Positions 15,531 through 27,729 of a stretch of DNA of 64,000 nt are shown in pieces. The stretch lies in the NCBI GenBank assembly GCA_951406725.2, contig OX597826.1:30256001-30320000 (forward strand), in the 5' to 3' direction. The notes under the pieces were generated by a model. That model saw only the letters and a list, made by a program, of their open reading frames with translations. It did not search any database and was not told the origin of the DNA. The position numbers were made by a program, and so were the translations under genes. This stretch comes from Octopus vulgaris (lineage: Eukaryota). Numbering within the stretch: the first letter of the stretch is position 1; every line of letters begins with the position of its first letter.

Positions 15531-15751
15531 TTATATTATTTATATTATGTAATACGCGTGTGTGTGTGTCCTCATCTCAACTGTTGCTTTCACTACGTTT
15601 TGGCTGTTGTACCAGTTGTGCACTGGGGTCGATGTTACCGATTAGTCCCCTCCCCCTTCTTTGAACCACGGAATGAAAATAGTGTCCCAGCGAAGATCAA
15701 AGAAAGAGTTACGTTCGAAATCCCGATATAACAACGGAGTTCAACACAAAA

Positions 15752-15793
15752 CACCTGAAGACGGCTGAAGCGTACAACAGTCGAAATGTAGTG
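15752..15793 (+). ncRNA. Minimal hammerhead ribozyme motif, slightly degenerate
   Basis: CAC-CUGAAGA-C-GGCUG...CAGUC-GAAAU-GUA-GUG; GAAAU is probably CpG-decayed GAAAC. Confidence 0.6.
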
Positions 15794-15913
15794 AAAGTAA
15801 CAATCAAGATGAGGACGCCAGTCGCCGACTAAAACAAAAACTATCTATAAGAAATTCAACATTTCAGAGACTTCTTTTGCGAGTGATGCGTGAGATAAGT
15901 TCGCCTTGTTTGT

Positions 15914-15963
<50 letters not shown>

Positions 15964-16574
15964 ACATACACACACACACACATGCATGCATACATACATA
16001 CATACATACATACACACACACACATACATACATACACACACATACATACGTACATATATCTTTTATTTGTTCTCAGTTGCGAGAATGTGGTTATGGTAAT
16101 GCACAGTATTCAAGAGTTTTAGTCGAACCACTAGTTAACGAGAACGAAAACAAACCAACAACTGTTGTCAAGCGGTGGGGGTGCGTGACAGAAAATATAC
16201 AATGGCACCCACACACACATATCTATTGATCTAGCAAGCGGAGCCTCATCTCAGTAAATGGGAAGGTGTGCAATAAAGCCGCCGAGAGGAAGACTGCGAA
16301 ACGGTGCACATTCTTTCCTGAATACTCTTATAAGTTTTCTAGTGTCCAGCATGCGGAGCTTTCAACTGATAGCACTTGTACCTGCAAGTCGTTTGCTAAT
16401 ATATATATATATATATAATTCCCATAAAAATATCGTGTATATTATGTGAATAATATATAGTCTATTGATTATTTTTTTGTGTGCTAGGCCACTGATAATA
16501 ACAATTTCTAAAATTCTTATTACCCTAATATTATTTATTATGTTTAAATATATATATGACGTATATTTATTTAT

Positions 16575-16735
16575 ATGACGGGTCTGCAGGCAAATTCCGT
16601 CTACCAAATTCTTTCACAAGTCATTGGTTGGTCCGAGCCTAAAGCAAAAATCATATGGCCAAGATGCCATGCAATGGAACTGAACTAGAAAACATGTAGT
16701 TACAAGGTAATATTCCTAACCAAAGAGCCATGCCT
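16575..16735 (-). mobile_element. SINE family B 5' part, diverged
   Basis: TCCGTCTACCAAATTC...GATGCCATGCAATGGAACTGAAC matches family B in reverse. Confidence 0.7.
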
Positions 16736-16974
16736 GTCTTAGGAGAGAGAGAGAGGCCTATAAATAGGTAGGAGTAACGTCGAGAAGCACTTCCTAAAGA
16801 ACAACTTTCTTATTTAATTCTCGTACACTTTTCTCTGACCCACAGCATAGCCTGCCCTGGTTTAACCAATTAAACAAACCGTTTCTGTATAAAAAGCAAA
16901 CCTTGTATGCTTGAAGATATACTCACCAGTTACACATTAAAACAATATATATATATGGAAAACGCTTGCTCAAT

Positions 16975-17097
16975 TTACTTCTTAGCAGCGGCTTTCTTGG
17001 CAGGCTTGGTTTTCTTAGCTACAGGCTTCTTCTTTGCGGGAGCCTTCTTTGCGGGAGCTTTCTTAGGTGTCTTCTTAGCTGCTGGCTTCTTTTCAGC
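16975..17097 (-). pseudogene. Histone H1-like Lys/Ala/Pro-rich C-terminal tail fragment with stop codon
   Basis: Reads AEKKPAAKKTPKKAPAKKAPAKKKPVAKKTKPAKKAAAKK*; no globular domain or start codon upstream; possible ATTAAA signal at 16813-16818. Confidence 0.7.
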
Positions 17098-17100
17098 TAG

Positions 17101-17139
17101 TAGTCCGCTGCTGTATCAACGCGGTGATTATTATAACTA

Positions 17140-17175
<36 letters not shown>

Positions 17176-17214
17176 TAGTTATAATAATCACCGCGTTGAT
17201 ACAGCAGCGGACTA
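17101..17214. repeat. Perfect 114-bp palindrome centred on (TA)n
   Basis: TAGTCCGCTGCTGTATCAACGCGGTGATTATTATAACTATAATT-(AT)n-exact reverse complement; third copy of the arm at 18187-18240. Confidence 0.95.
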
Positions 17215-17238
17215 TATATATATATATATATATATATA

Positions 17239-18164
17239 ACATTATATAAAAGGGCTTAGTAAAATAAATTACTTTGCCGCATACTGAACTCATTAGAAAT
17301 AGCAGCTAAAAAAACTTTTTTAAAAACTTTTTTAAAAAACTATTTCCAATACTTAAAGAAAACCTCTCTCATATAGTGTTTGCTCAATTCAACTCACGAA
17401 AGTATGGGGGTAGAGACATTAAAAAATCAAATGCAAAGGTTATTTGAGAACGTACGTTTCAAGATTAGTCAAAATCGACACTTCTATCATCAGCTCAGAA
17501 CTCCCTGGTTTGGATTTGAAAACACTGAAAGTGGGAGCATACCCTTTCGGCTTGTTATCACTTCTGAAGATCTGCTCAGAACTAACAGTGCCAGCAAATT
17601 CAAATATGCAAGCGAAGAATTTCTGCTCTCCCCTTTCCACCAGCGTGGGTTAAAATCAGCAAACACTATGCTTTTTTCGGTAAAATCCGAGGCATTATAT
17701 AGAGAGAGATGAATTATAATTTCAACAATTGAGGGTAAAATTAATTAATTAATCAATTTCACCAAGTATTCAGTATACAAAGGGACCATTTAAGGCGCAT
17801 TCAAAATATTACATTATATAAAAGGGCTTAGTAAAATAAATTACTTTGCCGCATACTGAACTCATTAGAAATAGCAGCTAAAAAAAACTTTTTTAAAAAC
17901 TTTTTTAAAAAACTATTTCCAATACTTAAAGAAAACCTCTCTCATATAGTGTTTGCTCAATTCAACTCACGAAAGTATGGGGGTAGAGACATTAAAAAAT
18001 CAAATGCAAAGGTTATTTGAGAACGTACGTTTCAAGATTAGTCAAAATTTTACTAAGCCCTTTTATATAATGTAATATTTTGAATTCGCCTTAAATGGTC
18101 CCTTTGTATACTGAATACTTGGTGAAATTGATTAATTAATTAATTTTACCCTCAATTGTTGAAA
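17239..18164. mobile_element. Non-coding HHR-bearing element (retrozyme-like or non-autonomous PLE), ~572-bp tandem unit plus inverted terminal segment
   Basis: 17239-17475 is repeated at 17811-18048 (period 572); 18047-18164 is the reverse complement of 17720-17836; (TA)n on both sides; HHR at 17445-17497. Confidence 0.8.
17445..17497 (-). ncRNA. Type-I hammerhead ribozyme with canonical core
   Basis: UGAG-CUGAUGA-(U AGA agu GUC gauuuu GAC uaa UCU U)-GAAAC-GUAC-GUU-CUCA: 4-bp stem I, palindromic AACGUACGUU stem III, GUU triplet. Confidence 0.8.
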
Positions 18165-18261
18165 ATATATATATATATATATATATAATTATAGTTATAA
18201 TAATCACCGCGTTGATACAGCAGCGGACTACTAGCTGAAAGACATTGAGTTCATATTTGTA

Positions 18262-18292
18262 ACAGGCGTTTCCTTATATAATTGATCAGTGT
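18262..18292 (-). ncRNA. Degenerate hammerhead motif
   Basis: ACA-CUGAUCA-AUUAUAUAAG-GAAAC-GCC-UGU; two catalytic-core deviations (G8C and GUC>GCC). Confidence 0.4.
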
Positions 18293-18910
18293 GACGTAAA
18301 CTTCGCGCTCCACTTTACTTAATTGATGGGTCTTGAATATATTGTTTACAACAGATCTGCTTCGTATCAGCGTGGGGACAAGGAAAATTATCTATTATCC
18401 GCTTCAGCGCCAGTAATTTCGGAATAAGCATCAATCGTAGAAAAAGCCCCTCCGGGCTTAGCGCACGGGTTTATTTTTTATTTATTTGTTTATGTATTTA
18501 TTTATTTGTTTATTTATTACATGTTTATTTATGTTTACGCTTTAGCAGCAATATTGGTCGTTCTTATCACACACACATTTGTTTCATTCACGTGTGAATA
18601 CCTTAAACAATTTATTGAAATTACGAATATTTGTGCACTGATTCTGGTAAATTTACTTCACGTGTTATACCGAGTCTGTGTGGGAGACTCTGAGTGACCG
18701 CTTGAATTGCTAGAAATAGTAATCAACTCTCCCTTGACGTGTATATTGTTGTATTTATTACGACATATACGGGTACATCAAGCGTCAGTTATTTAAATAC
18801 TTAACCCTTGTTGCGTTTGCTTGGTAATTTCTTGTTGTTTGTTTGTACTTTTAGGCGCTTAACCAATAGCAAAAAATTAAAATAAGACTTAGTTCCTATA
18901 GTCATCTAGT

Positions 18911-19012
18911 GAAGGCGTGTGGCCTAGTGGGTAGGATGCTACAATCGCAAGATCACGGCTTCGATTCCCGACCGGGCGGTGAACTGTTGAATAATATTCT
19001 TCATTTCACGTT
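18911..19012 (+). mobile_element. SINE family C 5' fragment
   Basis: GAAGGCGTGTGGCCTAGTGG A-box and CTTCGATTCCC B-box. Confidence 0.7.
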
Positions 19013-19049
19013 GCACCGCATAATGCACCCCATTGTCCCCTTTCGACTC

Positions 19050-20115
19050 TTATCTTTTTCTCGAATTACTTTTTATTTCTGAATTCAACATTGTATTTAC
19101 TTGAGGTTTAACAAATATACCGACCTTCAGTTTAGCTCCAGAGAATTTTGGAAAGGAGTATTTTGATCATTATTATTTATCATTGCATCTAGATCCGTTC
19201 GTTTTATCTTTAATCGAACAGCCAAAAGAATGTACGTTACTAATAATTTTAAAACTCATGTTCGCAAGATCACGTAGCAGTAATTTCAAGAAAGATTACA
19301 CTACACTGGAAAGAGACTTGTAAAGCTTCTTCAAATTCTTAGTTTTTACAAACGCTTTATGTGAATTGGAAACTAAGTTACCACACTTTTACCTGAGTGT
19401 TCACGAAGAGGCTCCTTGAAGATCTCTGATCTTTGCTGGTTGCAATTTTCTACAGTTTAGAGCGCTGAAGTTGCTGGAAATGATCCTCAACGGCTCTGAA
19501 ATTAGTTAAATAGAGAAAACATGAGTATTAAGTAAATCCAGTCTGCAAAGCAAGCACAAAGGCAATAATCTTACAATCTCACCGACGCACACATTCCCCG
19601 CTTCAATTCTGCTGACTGGATTGATTTTGGCAAGTAGTTGTTTAACTTGTTTGTAATCATCTTTCTTCTGTACCGAGTGAGCGAGGAAATGGCTGTCACT
19701 GTGAAGTTAACTGCACTCTCAGAGACTTAAAGTTTACAGGCTCCTAACAAACCGAACTAAGAAGTTTTGGCACAGTTGTACCTTGTAAACAACAGGAAAC
19801 CATTGACTTCGTTTGACTATATTCTAAATATAACGGTACCAGCAGTTCTTCATGAACGTCTGGGTCCTTTGCTTTTATAGTGACAGCATTGAGCACCGAA
19901 TGGGTGATGTAGCGATGCCTAAGCTGTTTCTTGTTTTCTTTAATACTGAATGGTGCCAATGGCCCCAGTATTTAACACTCAATGGCCCAGTTCACCAAGT
20001 TGTAAGTACGCACTCCAAAGTGCGGATAATGTGTATAGGTTGCGTTGTAGTTAGAAATCGCAACAAGTCTGTCAGCCTACAGTGGTGAGTTCAATTCTCC
20101 CAGTGGACATGGAAA
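19050..20115 (-). mobile_element. Degenerate Chapaev3 (CMC superfamily) transposase fossil
   Basis: Ordered motifs on minus strand across frameshifts: DPDVHEELLVP, LAHSVQKKDDYKQVKQLLAKIN, DCKIIAFVLALQTGFT*YSCFL, PIHIK, FPKFSGAKLKVGIFVKPQV. Confidence 0.75.
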
Positions 20116-20219
20116 AAGAATGGGAAACATTTCCAGTGTAATCTTTCTTAAAATTACTTTGCAATGTTTGATAAAAGATAATACGAAAAGTTTTTAATGT
20201 AATGAATGATAATAATAAC

Positions 20220-20587
20220 ACTTTCTACTATTGTCACGAGGCCAGAAATTAATATGGGGTGCGGTACTAGTCGATTACGTCGACCCCAGATCTCGATTGA
20301 TACTTCTTTCATTGACCCTTAAAGGATAAAAAGTAAAGTCAACTTCGGAAGAATTTGAACCTGGAACGTAAAGGCAGACGAAATGTAGCGAAGCACTTTG
20401 TCCGGCGTATTAACGACTCGGCCAGCTCGCCTTCTTAATAAGAACAATATTGCTTTTTGTTAGAGGCACAGGCCTGATATCTTAGGGATGAGGGACAGTC
20501 GATCATCATCAACCCTGAAAGGATGAAAAGCAAAGTTAAACTCGGCGGAATTTGAACTCAGAAAGTAAAGCCTGAAGAAATTCCCTT

Positions 20588-20636
<49 letters not shown>

Positions 20637-21320
20637 TAATTTCTAATATAGGTACAATACGGGCGAAATGCCGCTAAGCATTTGCCCGGCAGGCTAAGGA
20701 ATTTGCCACCTCGCCACCTTCCACCTTTTTTAATAATAATAATGATAAAGGTTTCAAATTTTGGCACAAGGCCAGCAAGTACGGGGGGGGGTGATTCGAA
20801 TACATCAACGTCAGTGCCCAGCTGGTACTTATTATATCGATCCCGAAACGATGAAAGGCAAAGTCAACCTCGGCGCAATTTGAACGTAAAGACGGACGAA
20901 ATACCGATAAGTATTTTAGTTTCCGTCTATCAAATCCACTCATAAGGCTTTGGTCGGTCCGGGGCTCTAGTAGAAGCGTGCCCATGGTTCCACACAATGG
21001 GACTGAACCCAGAACTCTGTGGGTGGGAAGCAAGTTTCTTATTTATTTTAATCTTTTAATTTACAAAGGCGGCGAGACGGCAGAAACGTTAGCACGCCGG
21101 GCGAAATGCTTAGCATTATTTCGTCTGTCTTACGTTCTTGTAGGTAGTAAAGAAATAGGTATTTCGTCTGCCGCTACGTTCCGAGTTCAAATTTCGCCGA
21201 GGTCGGCTTTGCCTTTCATCCTTTCGGGGTCGATAAATTAAGAACCAGTTACTTACTGGGGTCGATCTAATCGATTTACCCAAAATTTTGGGCCCTGTGC
21301 CTAGAGTAAAAAAGAATCTT
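20220..21320. mobile_element. Cluster of SINE family A copies (both strands) with a family B fragment and (TAA)n
   Basis: Family A minus at ~20220-20440, ~20450-20585 and ~20750-20905; family B minus ~20920-21040; family A plus 21065-21320. Confidence 0.8.
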
Positions 21321-21855
21321 TTCATTTACAATTACAAAGAACAATACAACAATTAAATAGTTGACATTTCAAGAACGAAGTTCAAACGATAATTTTGCCA
21401 ATAATTCTCAAAATAAATTTTCTGAAAACTTCAGCACGAATTTTTTTTACACGAAAATATCTCGAACAAAAATAAAGCGAAAACAAAAAAAAATGACCTT
21501 CAAAGGAAAACAGAAAATAAAAAATTATTTTTTTCTCTATGAAAACATTTTATATTCTGCTTGCTAATAAAGATTTACAACATTAGACAAAATAAAATGA
21601 AATATCATTATTATAGTTTTGTTTAGTAAGGTGAATATTTAGTATCTTTGCTGTTATGTTTGAAATTCCAGGAAGAAGCGCGTAAGTCACTCTGTTGTTT
21701 TTATAAATGTCAGGACTCGGAAAGAGTTATATATAACCGTAACAAGCACGATTGTTAATTCTCGCTGACTCCGTGGATGTTCCACGGTTTAATTAGAAGG
21801 AAGCTGCAAGATTAAAATGACATTTTAAATGTTTTATTTAGAAGTTACACACATA

Positions 21856-22265
21856 CAGGCGCAGGAGTGGCTGTGTGGTAAGTAGCTTGCTAAACAACCA
21901 CATGGTTCCGGGTTCAGTCTCACTGCGTGGCATCTTGGGCAAGTGTCTTCTGCTATAGCCTCGGGCCGACCAATGCCTTGTGAGTGGATTTGGTAGACAG
22001 AAACTGATAGAAGCCTGTCGTATATATGTATATATATATATGTATGTGTGTGTGTTTGTGTCTGTGTTTGTCCCCCTAGCATTGCTTGACAACCGATGCT
22101 GGTGTGTTTACGTCCCCGTTACTTAGCGGTTCGGCAAAAGAGACTGATAGAATAAGTACTGGGTTTACAAAGAATAAGTCCCGGGGTCGATTTGCTCGAC
22201 TAAAGGCGGTGCTCCAGCATGGCCGCAGTCAAATGACTGAAACAAGTAAAAGAGTAAAAGAGTAT
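21856..22265 (+). mobile_element. Full-length tRNA-derived SINE family B (CORE-like central domain)
   Basis: TGGCTGTGTGGTAAG A-box, GGGTTCAGTCTC B-box, CORE-like CTTGGGCAAGTGTCTTCT, internal (TA)/(TG) linker, (AGTAAAAG)n tail. Confidence 0.85.
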
Positions 22266-22424
22266 ACACGTAAAAGGAACAAATAAGAGAAATGAGGTGA
22301 GAGAGTAGATGTTTATTACATTCATTTACAGCTGTTCCATAATATTGTTAGTTATACAATAAATGTTATATTAATCACGCACACACAAACACACACACAC
22401 ACACACAAATAATATACACAGTAT

Positions 22425-22940
22425 CTTTATAGGTGCCAGATCAGACAACGGGAAGCGCTCCATATGAAGTCGCTCTACAGTATACTTTGTCTCACATAGC
22501 AGGACAAGGTGCCGCATACCAAAATTCTCTTGACGGTTGGGATCTAGTACTGAGGCCTGCAACGTTCGTTGTCTTCTCCGCTGGGTTGGCCATGGGATTT
22601 GAATGCTGAGTAACCGGCTCCCAAAGCTGGTTCTCTTCAGTGAGATCGAATAGGAAAGTAGGCCTCGTGGACATCCAATATTTCGCTTTTATGAGTATCT
22701 CAAGTGGCCTTTCACTTTATGGTGCCCCTGGCTGTTAATAGGCAGACATAGAAGTCCATGTGTAACGCTGGAGGAGAGCACTTTGAAACCGAACGCAGGA
22801 AACTGCACGAAGAGAAGAGACGTCGTCATCAAATTCCCTGCAGTTGTTGTTCGGGGTCACTTTCAGTGCCCCCAGTTCCACAGGATCTGCCTATCTTGTA
22901 TTGGTCTTGTCAGTCACGTCCGCTTCCAAGAGAAATGATG
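22425..22940 (+). mobile_element. RTE/BovB-clade LINE 3' fragment
   Basis: Frameshifted LRWVGHGI*MLSNRLPKLVLFSEIE*ESRPRGHP...FETERRKLHEEKRRR...FQCPQFHRICLSCIGLVSH, the typical RTE C-terminus with its C2H2-like motif. Confidence 0.85.
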
Positions 22941-23984
22941 TGCTGGAGGCGAAGTAGGAGGATGAATGTCCTGGATCGACGCTGTCCTCAACCTTTGATA
23001 GGCTGTCATATGCAATAAGCAAGCTAGCATCTAATTCCATTTATTTACCACACAACAAAATATACCGAATAAATTTAACAAATACCTGAAACTACAGCAA
23101 GGGAATATCTTACTCATCTACAACTTAAGGATAAACAATATTTGGCTTAGAAGAGAGTCATCTTTTAGTTTCCACGTATACAAATGCAAATGGCGTGCGC
23201 CCATACACACATATTCTTATACTCTCTCACACACACATAGATACAGAGGTAATTGTCGAGTGTGTGTGTGTGTGTGCGCGTGTGCCACTAGCGTTCATAT
23301 GTGTGCAAGTGAAGGTTAGAACGTGCTAATAGCTTTCCTTTCAATCTCTTTATGAAACACACACACACTTTCACCATCTCATCTTCTCAGTGTGACAGAT
23401 TGTTTACACCAAGGGAATTTACCGTGAGCAATCTGATACAAAAGGTAGATGCTTTTGCCAGAAGGAAGTTACAGTATCAATATCAATGCCGTCACGTGAC
23501 AGGAATGTTAGGACGTTGCATGGTTAAGATCTTGCCTCACAGCATTACATCTTGGGTCGACTTCACCTTTTATCGTTCTGCAATCAATAGAATAGTTCCG
23601 ATTAATAAGATGAATAATTATAAATTTGTGGAAATGCGGTGCATTGGTTGAGCGTCAAAGAAAATAGTATGGCGATTTACGTTCTGAGTTCAAATTCTCC
23701 CGAGATCTAATTTGTTTTTGATCCACTTGGGAGAGCTGTGTGCATCAGAGCCGTCTTCACAGCCATATAGCCCCCACCTGGCAGATCGATGCGCTGGGCC
23801 CTATCGATTTCATTCATTGATTTTAAGTCACCGCATACATAGATCAAACCTGAGCCTGCTGACTTGTGGGGCCCTTGGGCAATTCAATGGACTGGCCCCC
23901 TATTCTTTTTATTTTGTGAAAGCAAATCACGGCATACATTGATTAGAATTGGGTCCCTAAATCTGTGAGGCCCCTGGGCAACCG

Positions 23985-24001
23985 TATGTATATATAAATA
24001 C

Positions 24002-24039
<38 letters not shown>

Positions 24040-24351
24040 ATATATATATGTGTATATATATATATACATACACATATATATGTATACATACTTATATACA
24101 TCCTCCTACACGTCTTCTACTTCTTCCACTCCTCCTCCTCATCATCATCAGCAACAGTATAGTCATTATCATCTTTATTGCCGTTGACATGATCGTCGTC
24201 GCTGGCCTGATACTCTCTGTATATATACATACATGCATATATACATACATACATACATACATACACACATATATGCATGTATGTATATGTATATACTTAT
24301 GGTATATATATACACACATATACACAAACATAAATATGCATATGTACACGT

Positions 24352-24392
<41 letters not shown>

Positions 24393-24549
24393 CGTATATA
24401 TATATATATACATACATATACATATACATACATATATATATAAATAATACACATATACATATATACATATATGCATATATATATACATATACATACATGC
24501 ATATATATATATACATACATATATATATTATATATATATATATATACAT

Positions 24550-24606
<57 letters not shown>
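23985..24606. repeat. (TA)n/(TACA)n/(CA)n microsatellite region
   Basis: Seen directly. Confidence 0.9.
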
Positions 24607-24608
<2 letters not shown>

Positions 24609-24926
24609 AAGTAAACTGGCAACATCCAGTCAACGTAGCAATCATTCAGTCAGTGATCCGACTGATAATTATCAACAAAGATTTTAAGAATATTGATGAA
24701 GCCTCAGCTAATCAGCTTCCGTTCTAGCGTTGCCTTTAAAGATGAACTGTATTTACTGCTTAATTAAAGAGAAATTATCAAAATTGGGCCATAAATTTAG
24801 ATTCTAGTCTGTAATCAAGCTATTGACTCTCATTGTATTTACACTAATACAACTTAATTAAAATTATCCATCTTTTTCATACAAATATATACGGAGGTAT
24901 GTATGTGTATATGTATGTGTGTTTGC

Positions 24927-24959
<33 letters not shown>

Positions 24960-25504
24960 TGTATGTACGTATGTATATACGTAAGTATGTACGCACTACG
25001 TACTTATGTATGTATGTATGTATGTATGTATGTATGTATGTATGTATGTATGTATGTATGTATGTATGTATGTATGTATGCAAGTGTGTATGTATGTAAG
25101 TATGTTTAGTGTATGTATGTATGATTTTTCTTTGAGAATTCTTTAAATTCCTCATAAAAGATATCTCAAATCAGTTGCTAACAAAGCGACGTGACATTTC
25201 GCGTTAAGAGACGTACTGGTGTTTGTAAATTGTAAATATGTGGTTGAGTTGATGCGTTTGTGGAATTGTCGATGCATACATCCAGGTATATTGTGATATA
25301 TTCATTGTGATAGAAGCTGAAAGACTATCAGATCCTAAGAATAATGCCATCCTTGCATTTTTCACATTTATAACCCAACGTAAACTCGAATATATATTTA
25401 GCCCATCATACCACCTCCATAATAAAATAGACAATTATAAGGATAAGAATCAGCTCATATGGTATCTTACTATACACACACACAAACTAAGTCATAAATA
25501 CCTG

Positions 25505-25818
25505 CTTATCACGTGATCATGTGACCGACCAGGCCATCAGATGTTGCTACACATTGCTGGTCCCAATGCGCTTCGCATTGTTTTAGCCTTCAAACGACGC
25601 CATCCCGCTGGTTAAACGAGCAGACCAACAGAAGAAAGTGAGAGACAAAGTTGTGGTGAAAGAGTACAGCAGTGTTCGCCCCCCCCCCCTGCAGGAGTCT
25701 CATGGAGCTCTAGGTGTTTTCGCTCAATAAACACTCGCAACGCCCGGTCTGGGAATCGAAACCGCGATCCTACGACCGCCGGTCCATTGCCCTAACCACT
25801 GGGCCATTGTGCCTCCAC
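25505..25818 (-). mobile_element. tRNA-derived SINE family C, near full-length
   Basis: Minus strand GGAGGCACAATGGCCCAGTGGTTAGGG...GGTTTCGATTCCCAG Pol III boxes. Confidence 0.85.
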
Positions 25819-25914
25819 TTATACGGGGGCATTAATAATGAATGTCTTCATAGATACAAAATATCTGTAGACAAATCCCTTCTTTGACGAATTTCCAAAT
25901 ATTCATTCACTAGG

Positions 25915-26160
25915 TACAGTCATGGCTGTTTTGTCAAGAAACTCACTTTGTAACCACGTGACTTTGTGTTCAGTCCCACTGTACAGCATTTTGGTCACAT
26001 GTCTTCTACTATGATTCCAGACCGACGAATGCTTCATAAGTGAATTCGGTGTACAGAAAGTGAGTGGAAGACCGTCATATATACATACACGACGGTTTTC
26101 ATCTAAAAGCCTTCAAGGTGATGCTGTAGCATGGTCGCAGTCCGATTACTGAAACAAATA
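25915..26160 (+). mobile_element. SINE family B, diverged and internally deleted
   Basis: CATGGCTG...GTTCAGTCCCACTG...CATGGTCGCAGTC...CTGAAACA. Confidence 0.7.
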
Positions 26161-26220
26161 TATCCTAAATGAAAAAGTAATTTTAGATAAGGGAAGCTTA
26201 TGTTTGAAGTAAATATTATT

Positions 26221-26462
26221 TGTAGTAACGATTGTTTGCCAACATAAAACAATAGTCCTGGTTTAGGACTAATGTTGCTGTAATTTAGCCCCAGGAGACA
26301 TCGTCTGCAGCTGGCTATACGATACCATCTGAGTCCTTATATGTGTCGTTATAGATCGTGTCGTATAGCCAGCTGGAGACGGTGTCTCCTGGGGCTAAAT
26401 TACAGCAACATTAGTCCTAAACCAGGAATGCCATGTTATGTTGGCAAACAATCTTTACTACA
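26221..26462. repeat. Fold-back element with ~108-bp inverted arms
   Basis: TGTAGTAACGATTGTTTGCCAACATAA...CAGCTGGCTATACGA (26221-26329) versus its near-exact reverse complement (26353-26462), spacer about 25 bp. Confidence 0.9.
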
Positions 26463-27556
26463 CAGTACTGTTGCTGAATATCTCAGGTTGTGAGATTTAA
26501 AAATAGTAATTTTCTCATAAATATTATTTATTAACGGTTGCCATAGAAATTTACAGAAGTAGATTAATTTATATTGATAGAGGTACATGACACTCAAGAA
26601 TCAAATGCACCCTGGTTACAAGATGGATGAATACGCCATTGAAAACAAAACAATGTAACTTACACCATATCTAACCACAAATACAGAGTCAGAATGTATT
26701 ACAATAACTCCAAGATGAAATATGCTTTAATTAAAATAGATAGACTAACTAGCACACCACAAAATATACTTCAGAAATCAGATGTAATATACTTATTTTG
26801 AAGTAAACGTGAAAGTTGTAAACTCCATAACTCAGACTGTCACATCTGACTTGCATGTAAAATACTTGAGTATGTATTTACAATACGGAAACTTTATAAA
26901 ATATTAGAATACAGTAGATAAAATTAGAAAGAATAATTTTAGTTGCCAGGACCACAATTTTATATAGTATATAAGAAAAGAAAGAGGAAAAGCACTGCGC
27001 TAAAACAGAAACCAACAAAAACACAAATGCAACACATGAAAAAAAAAAAAAAAAAGAAACCTGCAAGGATTTAACCATTGAATAATATCTAAATCAGTCG
27101 TTGGAGATCTTATCACTTATAGCAATAGTTTTGTGGTCATTTGTCACCTACTGCAAATGGCGCACGTAACACGCCATTATTATCACTAATGTGATGGCGA
27201 GGCCGGTGTGTTCTTGAAACGTTAATGAATTAATGGATTTAAGGAGAATATTTTGCCGAAAACTAAATAAGACTAATAAGTAAATATAAAAACAGTCTGA
27301 ATAAAAGAGCGGTGAACGCAAACACGTACGCACACACTCAGTACACACGTTCGTACACACATACGCAGATGCACATCAACACACACAAAAATACATACAT
27401 ACAGGCATATTTCCTTACACATCCATAATTATATATGTATATGTGTGCGTGTATGTGTGTGTGTGTGAGGTTTAAATATAATGAACACTATATACATATA
27501 TATTTTTGCAAGAGAAAGAAATGCGCTCACACACATACATAGATATAATTGCGTGT

Positions 27557-27557
<1 letters not shown>

Positions 27558-27625
<68 letters not shown>

Positions 27626-27646
27626 ATATATATATATATATACATG

Positions 27647-27729
<83 letters not shown>

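Noticed and set aside
16907-17239. 110-aa hydrophobic plus-strand ORF (FLAAAFLAG...)
   Set aside because: Antisense shadow of the H1-like lysine-rich frame.
17380-17712. 110-aa ORF and overlapping ORFs in the 572-bp unit
   Set aside because: Non-ATG starts and no recognisable domain; treated as non-coding.
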